From NCBI GenBank assembly GCA_965247565.1, contig CBDFHF010000003.1, forward strand, positions 196,447 through 260,446: DNA of 64,000 nucleotides. Direction: 5' to 3'. Source of the DNA: Methylococcales bacterium (GTDB taxonomy: Bacteria > Pseudomonadota > Gammaproteobacteria > Methylococcales > Methylomonadaceae). The notes beneath the pieces were generated by a model, which was not told where the DNA came from, made no database searches, and saw only the letters and a list, made by a program, of their open reading frames with translations. Both the position numbers and the translations under genes were made by a program. The first letter of the stretch is position 1; every line of letters starts with the position of its first letter. Positions 55,877 to 64,000 of this stretch are shown in pieces.

Positions 55877-58800
55877 CTACTGCACTTGCATTGGGCGCAT
55901 CATGTCATGGTCTTCATGCTCCAAGATATGACAATGCCAGACAAATTGACCTCTATCTTCAAATTTCACAGTAATTCTAGTAACTTGCCCCGGGTAACTA
56001 ATTACCGTATCTTTCCAAGTCTTCTCTTGGGAATTCGGGACTACCGCTGTATTAGGATAAGTAACGTTAGTCAAGGAACCATTAACCCCAGTGACAGCAG
56101 CAAAATTCTGCCGATCAAGTACCTGGAAATGCCCGCCATGTAAATGAATAGGATGGGCATCCACCGTGTCATTGAATATTTCCCAACGTTCGATAGTACC
56201 TGTTTTTGGCATTTCCGTAACAGTATCCATCCAGCCTAAAATACCATCCGCAACCGTACCCAATATCGGTAGAATTCGGCCATTATTATCGACGGACTCT
56301 GACAACAGCACTTGTCTTACTTGGGTACCAGCAGTCGGCGTTAGCGTTGGAATAGCCACCGAGCGTAAAGATGTCGGAATGCTAGCATTTGCTGTTGCAG
56401 ATAAAGGTTGGTTTACCCGAAATTGCATGATTTGATCATCTAAACCAGCAATTACTGGAGTGCCATTAGGATACGGAGAATTAGCTGAGTTTGCTAAAGT
56501 GATCGTTTGCCCCGTAGCAGCGGAAAAATCCACGATAATATCGTACCTTTCTGCAGGACCAACATTTAGCGTGTTAACCGTTACCGGTGCATTTAAAAAA
56601 CCACCTTCCGTACCGATAACTTGAAAATTCGCGTTATTGGATAGGGTCAGAGTATAAAAACGTGAGCTGGAACCATTCAATACCCGAAATCTATATTTGC
56701 GTGGTTCCACTTCCAAATATGGCCATGCCGTGCCGTTAACCAACATAACAGTACCGTAAAACTCCGGCACCATACTTGGCGTTGCCGCATTACCGTTTAA
56801 ATCCACGTCCGGATAAGCTAATGAGCCGTCAGTATGAAACATACGATCTTGTAAAACCAACGGAATTTCATACGGCCCGTTCGGTAATTGATTAGCGGCA
56901 ATTTTAGCCATTTCATTATCGTCCCGGAGCATATAAAGGCCCGCTAATCCGGCGTAGACATTCAAGCGCGTCATGCCCAACGTGTGATCGTGGTACCACA
57001 ACATTGTACCTTCCTGTTTATTCAAATAATCGAACGGACTGGCGTTATAACCAACTGTTGGTGATGTCATGCTGAACTGGCCGCCAGTTTGTCCGTTTGG
57101 AGAAAACCAAGCTTCTGGATAGCCATCACTGTTTTGATTGACAGACTTAATACCATGTAAATGGGCAACACTTCGGATATCCGGTTCATTAGCATTTGCG
57201 CCATGAATAGAACGATCAATAGGTAGTAAGTGTTTAGTGGCAGTCAAGGTGTTTTTGTACTGGACTTTAACAGCTTTGCCTAATCTGGACGCATTCGATG
57301 CTGGATCGGTAGATCTTGCCATGATGGTATGTGCCGGGTAACTGAAGGTATTCGGGCGCGCGGGATCGCCGTAAGCAAATACATCAGTCGCTGGAAACCC
57401 GGGCGGTAAAATGTGGGTTTTGATCTGTTTGATGTCCAGTGTATAAAAATCTGTTCCCGGATAAGTGGTTGTATTCGGCGTATGTTGAAAGAATGACGCT
57501 AAAGCATTCGGCAACGGCAATGCATATTTAGGGATAGTCGTTGGATTGAGAATCGGTTGACTATAAAGCGGGTCGACAACGCTGGGCAAGCTTAATTGAG
57601 CCACTGCTGTCGCAGGGACCATTGCTGGAGCAGTGTTATTGGCCACATTAGCCTCACCAGAAGCTTGGGCAACGGAAGCACCAAACGGAGATGGCTTGGT
57701 TCCGGCGGTATTTGCTGCGGTAACAACCGGGATGCGAACTGTTGTTGCCGCCCCCGAAGCTAGCGCCTTGTTATAAGCACACGAGACTACCGCACCAGAC
57801 GTTAAGCACACCCAGGCATCGGCATTACGAGCAAACTTCAACGGCGAACTAACGTTGGCAGGGAGTGAAAAACTCAGCGAAATTGGTGCATTAGCCACCG
57901 CACTACCCAAATTAGTTACGGTTACCGGAATTTCACTTAGCGCTGTTTCTACCAGTGACGGCGCCGGTTGATCGATCAAAACACTGAGGTCCGGAACGGT
58001 TGCCGGAGTGACCGTGGTGGTCACGGTATTAGTTGCAACAGTTGCTGCACCGCCTCCTGATAAACTCATACTGTAGTTATAAGTACCCACGACGGTTGAT
58101 TTTACAGTCAAGGTTACAACATCGGTAGCATTCTGAGCTATTGATGTGGCTCGGTTACAGGTTACCAACTGTGAATTGGGTGTACAGGCAAAACCACTGG
58201 GTGAACTACCGGATACAAAAGATAATCCAGTAGGCAAAGTCCCTGTTAACGAAGTGGTGCCGACGGTGGCAACACCGGTATTTTTTACACTGACCGTATA
58301 GTTGTAAGTACTATTTAGCGCTGCACTGGCCGGTGCTGCTAGTGTTCCGCTCAAAACAGGAACGGGGCAGGCGCCTACGGTTACTGTCGCATTAGCTGTT
58401 ACTGAGGATAACTTAACTTTATTGGTAAAGCTTGCAGCATTAATCGGCCAACTGCCCGTTTGAACGCCTGTCACATTAAAGGATACTTTACCCGAATTAA
58501 CAAAGCTGGCTAAAGCACCCGACACATCTAGATAACCTGGAGCAAAACTTGAGGTAAAAGAAGACATACCGGTGGCTTTTGCTTGCGGTGAAACCAAGTT
58601 AAGACCGGCTGGTAAATTCAGTCGATATTTAAATTGGTTAGTGGGTAACCAGCCGGTAAGTAAAGTGAACAAAGTCAAATCACGATTCATCGTGATATTT
58701 AATGTGCCTGAATTTTTACAAGCAATTGAAGCAGATGAAACAGCACTGACCTTGGCAAAATCCAAGGCAGATACGGTTGTGGATACTGTTGAAAAACACA

Positions 58801-58885
58801 GCGCTAAGATAATTTTGCCCTGTATCAATGTGGCCTTACCATCAGGTAAAGAACGAATACTTAAGTAATTGTGCATATATCCCAT
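55877..58885 (-). CDS. Large multicopper oxidase (three-cupredoxin laccase/bilirubin-oxidase type) with ~450-aa N-terminal DUF11-like repeat region, exported
   Basis: C-terminal copper ligands 'WYHDHTLGMT' and 'HCHILEHEDHDMM'; N-terminal hydrophobic signal; repeated Thr/Val/Ser-rich beta modules ('TGVATVGTTSLTGTLPTGLSFVSGSSPSGFACTP...'). Confidence 0.8.
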   Translation of the reverse strand: MGYMHNYLSIRSLPDGKATLIQGKIILALCFSTVSTTVSALDFAKVSAVSSASIACKNSGTLNITMNRDLTLFTLLTGWLPTNQFKYRLNLPAGLNLVSPQAKATGMSSFTSSFAPGYLDVSGALASFVNSGKVSFNVTGVQTGSWPINAASFTNKVKLSSVTANATVTVGACPVPVLSGTLAAPASAALNSTYNYTVSVKNTGVATVGTTSLTGTLPTGLSFVSGSSPSGFACTPNSQLVTCNRATSIAQNATDVVTLTVKSTVVGTYNYSMSLSGGGAATVATNTVTTTVTPATVPDLSVLIDQPAPSLVETALSEIPVTVTNLGSAVANAPISLSFSLPANVSSPLKFARNADAWVCLTSGAVVSCAYNKALASGAATTVRIPVVTAANTAGTKPSPFGASVAQASGEANVANNTAPAMVPATAVAQLSLPSVVDPLYSQPILNPTTIPKYALPLPNALASFFQHTPNTTTYPGTDFYTLDIKQIKTHILPPGFPATDVFAYGDPARPNTFSYPAHTIMARSTDPASNASRLGKAVKVQYKNTLTATKHLLPIDRSIHGANANEPDIRSVAHLHGIKSVNQNSDGYPEAWFSPNGQTGGQFSMTSPTVGYNASPFDYLNKQEGTMLWYHDHTLGMTRLNVYAGLAGLYMLRDDNEMAKIAANQLPNGPYEIPLVLQDRMFHTDGSLAYPDVDLNGNAATPSMVPEFYGTVMLVNGTAWPYLEVEPRKYRFRVLNGSSSRFYTLTLSNNANFQVIGTEGGFLNAPVTVNTLNVGPAERYDIIVDFSAATGQTITLANSANSPYPNGTPVIAGLDDQIMQFRVNQPLSATANASIPTSLRSVAIPTLTPTAGTQVRQVLLSESVDNNGRILPILGTVADGILGWMDTVTEMPKTGTIERWEIFNDTVDAHPIHLHGGHFQVLDRQNFAAVTGVNGSLTNVTYPNTAVVPNSQEKTWKDTVISYPGQVTRITVKFEDRGQFVWHCHILEHEDHDMMRPMQVQ

Positions 58886-59386
58886 TTCCTCAAAATCTTG
58901 ATTATTGTTGATCTTATATGTTTAAGGATAATTTAAGATATGTCAAACTATAAGTAATTACTTATTTTCTTTTGTTTGCAGTTCGATCTTATAGATCTGT
59001 GCATGTCGTTGTTTTCTCAGCAATCCCCTCCAATTCATCATTCAAGTCACATAGAATGTTTCTCTTCTCGCAATAATAGACAAAGCTATGGCATTTCAAA
59101 TGTTTACCGACGAACTTTGGAAAAGGCTAAAAGTTGTTCTGTTGAGAATGTTTTGCACGGCTCAGATATTTCAGGGTTATTACATACACTATGTGATAAA
59201 TTAAAATGGAATTTTGAAGATTCCATGGCCTTGGTTCGGGCTACTTATAGTTGTCAATGTGAAACGGCAACGGCCACCAGTTTTAATTTTTTCGACATCA
59301 CATATTTTCTTTTTCAACTTTACGGTTAAATTAACCGGCTAAATTAACACCCAGAAATAAAATACGAAGAGACCACTAGCATTATC

Positions 59387-60922
59387 ATGACCAATAAAAA
59401 ACACATTATCATCGTTGGCGCAGGCCCAGGTGGCTTATGCGCTGGCATGCTGTTAAGCCACCGTGGCTTTAAAGTTTCAATTTTTGATAAGCATGAGGAA
59501 GTCGGCGGACGAAATAGAGCCATCCACATGAACGGATTCACTTTCGATACCGGCCCGACATTTTTGTTAATGAAGGGAGTTCTCGATGAAATGTTTGAAC
59601 TGTGCGGCAAGCGCAGCGAAGATTACCTCGAATTCATGCCATTGAACCCGATGTACCAATTGGTCTATGACGACCAGAAGCTGGATGTTTATTCCGATCC
59701 AGAAAAAATGCGAGCCGAACTAGATCGCGTTTTCGCGGAGGGTAGTGTTAATTATGAGCGATTTATCAGTAATGAAAGGGCGCGATTTAGTCGCTTATAC
59801 CCTTGTATTACCCGAGATTACTCATCGATAAAATCGTTTTTATCCATGGATTTGATTCGAGCGATACCTTGGTTGGCGTTTCCAAAAAGCGTATTTACTA
59901 ATCTCGGTCAGTACTTTCAGCAAGAAAAAATGCGCCTGGCATTTTCTTTTCAAGCCAAATATTTAGGTATGTCTCCTTGGGAATGTCCAGCGCTATTTAC
60001 CATGCTGCCTTACCTGGAGCATGACTATGGAATCTATCATGTTGCTGGTGGCTTAAATCAAATCTCTCTGGCAATGGCCAAGGTCATTAAAGAATCCGGT
60101 GGTGAAATTCATACTGAATCTCAGGTTAAGTCGTTAATTATCGAGAACAATTGCGCTAAAGGTATCAGGCTCCAAAATGGGGAAGAAATTGTTGCGGATG
60201 AAGTGATCGTTAATGCCGACTTTGCTCATGCCATGTCCAGTTTGGTAGAGCCAGGAATTTTAAAAAAATACAGTCGAGAGCAACTCGAAAAGACCGATTA
60301 TTCCTGCTCAACTTTTATGCTTTACCTGGGTTTGGACAAAATTTACGACCTACCGCACCATACCATTGTGTTCGCCAAGGATTACCATACCAACGTACGC
60401 AATATCTTCAATAACAAAACATTAACGGAAGACTTTTCGTTTTATGTACATAACCCCTCGGTAACCGATGACAGTTTGGCGCCTGGTGGCAAATCATCAC
60501 TGTATATTCTGGTACCCATGCCAAATAATGCTAGCGGGATTGATTGGCAAGCACATTGTGAAAGTGTGCGCGAGCAGGTGTTGGACACATTAGGTGTCCG
60601 GCTTAACTTGACCGATATACGCCGCCATATCCAATGCGAGAAAATAATTACCCCACAAACGTGGGAAAGTGATGAATATGTCTACAAAGGCGCGACATTC
60701 AGCTTATCCCACAAATTCAGCCAAATGCTGTACTGGCGACCCCATAATCGCTTTGAGGAACTGGATAATTGCTACCTAGTTGGCGGAGGCACACATCCTG
60801 GTAGTGGTTTACCCACTATCTATGAATCAGCTCGTATTTCATCCAACCTGATTGCTAAAAAACATCGAATTCCATTCAAGGAAATTGTACAAAGTAATTG
60901 GTTAAAGCCAGCGAAGTTCTAA
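59387..60922 (+). CDS. crtN: 4,4'-diapophytoene desaturase (CrtN-family phytoene-desaturase-like flavoprotein)
   Basis: N-terminal 'IIIVGAGPGGLCAGMLL' FAD-binding fold; CrtI/CrtN-family length (511 aa). Confidence 0.8.
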   Translation: MTNKKHIIIVGAGPGGLCAGMLLSHRGFKVSIFDKHEEVGGRNRAIHMNGFTFDTGPTFLLMKGVLDEMFELCGKRSEDYLEFMPLNPMYQLVYDDQKLDVYSDPEKMRAELDRVFAEGSVNYERFISNERARFSRLYPCITRDYSSIKSFLSMDLIRAIPWLAFPKSVFTNLGQYFQQEKMRLAFSFQAKYLGMSPWECPALFTMLPYLEHDYGIYHVAGGLNQISLAMAKVIKESGGEIHTESQVKSLIIENNCAKGIRLQNGEEIVADEVIVNADFAHAMSSLVEPGILKKYSREQLEKTDYSCSTFMLYLGLDKIYDLPHHTIVFAKDYHTNVRNIFNNKTLTEDFSFYVHNPSVTDDSLAPGGKSSLYILVPMPNNASGIDWQAHCESVREQVLDTLGVRLNLTDIRRHIQCEKIITPQTWESDEYVYKGATFSLSHKFSQMLYWRPHNRFEELDNCYLVGGGTHPGSGLPTIYESARISSNLIAKKHRIPFKEIVQSNWLKPAKF

Positions 60923-60924
60923 AT

Positions 60925-62517
60925 ATGGCGGTCATACATGCTATTTCGCCGATCAACGGGGGGGATCTTGGTGATTTTGAAATCAGTACTCCCGAGGCTA
61001 TTCACCAGGCCATGCAAACCGCCCGGTCTGCTGCTAAAGCTTGGGCAAATATTGATATTTCTAAACGTAGCAAAATACTGTCGCTATTCAACCGAATTCT
61101 GTTAGATGAAGTTGATAACGCTTGCGCGGTCATCAGCCAAACCACAGGCAAAGTTCTGACCGAAGCTTTGTTGGGAGAGATTTATCCGGTACTGGATCTG
61201 GCCAAAAATTACCAAAAATACGCCGCTCGCATTTTAAAAAGCCAGGGCGTTATGACTTCACCGTTTGGTTTTCCGGGCGCTACTGCAGAAATCGTCCGGC
61301 ACCCCTATGGAGTTGTTGCGGTGATTTCGCCCTGGAATTATCCTTTTCAGATTACTGTTTCCCAAATGCTCAGTGCGCTCTATGCAGGTAACGCGGTGAT
61401 TTTTAAACCTTCAGAATTAAGTCTTCCGGTTGGTCAGCTTATTAACGACTTATTTGCCAAACTGGACTTACCAATAGGTCTGGTGCAATCGTTGGTTGGC
61501 GATGGTTTATGCGGTCAGCAACTCATCGATGCCGGCCCCGATTTAGTTGTATTCACCGGAAGCTCAACCACAGGTCGATTGGTCATGGAAAGAGCCGCCC
61601 AACATCCTATTCCGGTTTTGCTGGAATTGGGTGGCAAAGATGCGATGCTGGTGTTCGCGGATGCTCACTTGGAACGCGCTCGCGATGGCGCTTTGTACGG
61701 GGCTTTCTGTAATAGTGGGCAAGCTTGTGTCGCTGTTGAACGGCTATATGTGCAGCAAGATTGTTACCCGGTTTTTCTGCAGATGCTGATTGATGGCGTT
61801 GGTCAACTAAAAATCGGCCATGATCCAGAGGGCGATTTAGGCGCAATGACCTCAAAGCAACAAGTCGATATTGTACGAGAACAATATGAAGACGCTATAG
61901 CAAAAGGGGCTAAAGTCTCTGGCCCCCTTGAGTATCAGAACAACTATCTCAAACCTGTGGTGTTGTGGAATGTAAGTCAAGACATGCGTGTTATGTGTGA
62001 AGAAACCTTTGGTCCCTTATTACCGGTTATGTCTTTTTCAAGCGAGGCACAAGCTTTGCAACTCGCCAATACCGGTGAATTTGGCTTAAACGCCAGCATC
62101 TGGAGTAAAGATATTGGCAAGGCGCAGCGGATCGCCGCGCAATTAAATGTCGGTAATTGGTCTATCAATGATGTTCTAAAAAACGTCGGTCACCCCGGTC
62201 TTCCCTTTGGCGGTGTCAAAAAAAGCGGCTTTGGGCGTTACCGGGGAGCAGAAGGTTTGCGAAACTTTACTTTTCCAGTTTCCGGATTAACCAGCCGCAG
62301 CCATTTACCCAAGGAACCTAACTGGTTTCCTTATTCTGAGACCAGTTATCAGCAATTTAAAGGCTACATGGATTTTGTGTTTGGTTCAGGTAGTCTGCAC
62401 AACCGCATCCGCCGCAACTGGCAGGCTTTACAAGCTTTTCGCGACTATTCCGCTTTCGATTTAAAACAAAGGTGGCAAAACCTGAAATTGCTGCTGCCGT
62501 GGACACGAGACTTTTAG
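60925..62517 (+). CDS. ald: Aldehyde dehydrogenase of the C30-carotenoid cluster
   Basis: ALDH-superfamily motifs ('ELGGKDA', catalytic Cys in 'FCNSGQACVAVERLYV', 'GEFGLNASIWS'); sits between two crtN-type genes; ATG at 60925. Confidence 0.8.
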   Translation: MAVIHAISPINGGDLGDFEISTPEAIHQAMQTARSAAKAWANIDISKRSKILSLFNRILLDEVDNACAVISQTTGKVLTEALLGEIYPVLDLAKNYQKYAARILKSQGVMTSPFGFPGATAEIVRHPYGVVAVISPWNYPFQITVSQMLSALYAGNAVIFKPSELSLPVGQLINDLFAKLDLPIGLVQSLVGDGLCGQQLIDAGPDLVVFTGSSTTGRLVMERAAQHPIPVLLELGGKDAMLVFADAHLERARDGALYGAFCNSGQACVAVERLYVQQDCYPVFLQMLIDGVGQLKIGHDPEGDLGAMTSKQQVDIVREQYEDAIAKGAKVSGPLEYQNNYLKPVVLWNVSQDMRVMCEETFGPLLPVMSFSSEAQALQLANTGEFGLNASIWSKDIGKAQRIAAQLNVGNWSINDVLKNVGHPGLPFGGVKKSGFGRYRGAEGLRNFTFPVSGLTSRSHLPKEPNWFPYSETSYQQFKGYMDFVFGSGSLHNRIRRNWQALQAFRDYSAFDLKQRWQNLKLLLPWTRDF

Positions 62518-64000
62518 ATGAGTAATAACAACAAACATATCGTCATTATTGGTGCTGGATTAGGCGGACTTTCTGCGGCTATTTCTCTAGCTAGTGAAGG
62601 GTTTAGCGTCGATTTGATCGAAAAAAACGACAAAGTCGGCGGCAAACTCAATATTATGAATAAAGAGGGCTTCACTTTCGATTTGGGGCCGTCGATCCTT
62701 ACCATGCCGCATATTTTCGATGCGTTATTTACCCGAGCGGGTAAAAACCGGGAAGATTATGTCAAGTTTTCAAAAGTAGAACCGCATTGGCGAAATTTTT
62801 TTGAAGATGACACTGTAATTGATTTAACGCCAGATGCCGAAGCCATGCGCCGGGAGTTGGAAAAACTCGGCCCGAAAACAGCCGAAGAATTTGCGCGTTT
62901 TATGGCCTATTCGAAAAAGCTATGCTCAGAAACGGAAGCGGGCTACTTCGCCAAAGGCCTGGATAGTTTCTGGGAATTGCTGCGCTTTTACGGCCCGCTC
63001 CGGAGTTTAAACTTTGATGTATTTCGTTCCATGGATCAAGGTGTGCGCCGTTTTATATCTGACCCAAAACTGGTAGACATTTTAAATTACTTCATCAAAT
63101 ACGTGGGCTCATCCCCCTACGATTCGCCAGCATTAATGAATTTATTGCCGCATGTTCAATTCGAATACGGGCTTTGGTACGTTCATGGCGGCATGTATGG
63201 GCTGGCGCAGGCCATGGAGAAGCTGGCAGTTGAACTCGGGGTGCGTATTCATCTGAATACGGAGGTTACCGAAATCCGCCGCGAAGACACACGAGCAACA
63301 GCTGTTTGTCTAGCTGACGGTCAACTATTGGCTGCTGACATCGTTGTTTCCAATATGGAAGTTATCCCGGCTATGGAAAAGTTGTTGCACAGTACGGAAG
63401 CTGAACTCAAAAAGATGCAGCGTTTTCAACCGAGCTGTTCCGGATTAGTCTTACATCTGGGTGTTAACCGCATTTATCCGCAACTGGCACATCACAACTT
63501 TTTTTATTCCGATAAACCACGGCATCATTTTGATGCAATTTTCCATAGTCGACGCTTATCAGATGATCCAACCATTTACTTAGTTGCTCCCGTTAAGACT
63601 GATCCTACCCAGGCTCCATCTGGCTGTGAAATTATCAAGATATTGCCACATATTCCCCACATTGATCCTAATAACCCGCTAACGCCCGAAGATTATCTGG
63701 CTTTCCGCGAGCGGGTGTTGATCAAATTAGAACGTATGGGTTTGACTGATTTACGCAAACATATCGTCACCGAAGAATATTGGACGCCTCATGACATTCA
63801 ATCCCGCTACTATTCCAATCAAGGTTCAATATACGGCGTGGTTTCTGACCGTTACCTTAATTTAGGCTTCAAAGCGCCACAACGCAGTAACCAGCTAACT
63901 AATTTGTATTTCGTTGGCGGCAGTGTTAATCCAGGTGGAGGTATGCCAATGGTAACTTTATCGGGTCAACTGGTAAGGGATAAAATTTTGGCTGATTTGA
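62518..64000 (+). CDS. crtNb: Second CrtN-family desaturase/oxidase (CrtNb-like); 3' end lies outside the window
   Basis: 'IVIIGAGLGGLSAAISLA' FAD-binding fold; ORF open to the window end; ATG directly abuts the ald stop. Confidence 0.75.
   Translation, partial: MSNNNKHIVIIGAGLGGLSAAISLASEGFSVDLIEKNDKVGGKLNIMNKEGFTFDLGPSILTMPHIFDALFTRAGKNREDYVKFSKVEPHWRNFFEDDTVIDLTPDAEAMRRELEKLGPKTAEEFARFMAYSKKLCSETEAGYFAKGLDSFWELLRFYGPLRSLNFDVFRSMDQGVRRFISDPKLVDILNYFIKYVGSSPYDSPALMNLLPHVQFEYGLWYVHGGMYGLAQAMEKLAVELGVRIHLNTEVTEIRREDTRATAVCLADGQLLAADIVVSNMEVIPAMEKLLHSTEAELKKMQRFQPSCSGLVLHLGVNRIYPQLAHHNFFYSDKPRHHFDAIFHSRRLSDDPTIYLVAPVKTDPTQAPSGCEIIKILPHIPHIDPNNPLTPEDYLAFRERVLIKLERMGLTDLRKHIVTEEYWTPHDIQSRYYSNQGSIYGVVSDRYLNLGFKAPQRSNQLTNLYFVGGSVNPGGGMPMVTLSGQLVRDKILADL

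Noticed and set aside
58976-59329. 117-aa ORF between the multicopper-oxidase and crtN genes
   Set aside because: No recognisable domain, Cys/Ser-rich composition and no clear RBS. It may be a small real gene, but I cannot support it; the region is more likely the crtN promoter.

Overview
This 64-kb window looks like a chromosomal segment from a gammaproteobacterium, probably a Methylococcales-type methanotroph. That placement is an inference from the crtN-ald-crtNb C30-carotenoid cluster at the 3' end, whose gene order and ORF sizes match my recollection of Methylomonas. About 55 genes are callable. Housekeeping content includes a surA 3' end, rnd, fnr, pyrF, selO, metA, fbp, pilT-pilU/yggS, tesA/ybbA/ybbP-like genes and rtcR/rtcB. 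The most unusual region is a Type I restriction-modification operon (hsdM-hsdS-hsdR, 14.5-22.8 kb) that carries three guest elements: (1) a DUF559 (Vsr-like PD-(D/E)xK endonuclease) domain flanked by GC-rich palindromic repeats, inserted in frame into hsdM, with a solo copy of the same repeat also in frame further upstream in hsdM; (2) a REP-associated tyrosine transposase (RAYT) flanked by inverted REP hairpins between hsdS and the next gene; (3) a RhuM-Fic/Doc fusion gene between hsdS and hsdR, at the position where PrrC-like abortive-infection guests sit in other Type I loci. Other notable points: a CARF-domain RtcR with a near-consensus sigma-54 promoter in front of rtcB, and no rtcA; two tRNA-like remnants (a 3' fragment, and an atypical tRNA-Cys(GCA)-like gene with a 6-bp anticodon stem) just downstream of rtcB; a soluble SPFH-domain protein / acidic 99-aa protein / P-loop kinase-like triad upstream of metA; a sensor protein whose GGDEF motif is degenerate but whose I-site is retained; a 1002-aa multicopper oxidase with an N-terminal repeat domain; and a pair of inverted consensus DnaA boxes in an AT-rich gap. 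No CRISPR array, rRNA, integrase or prophage was seen.
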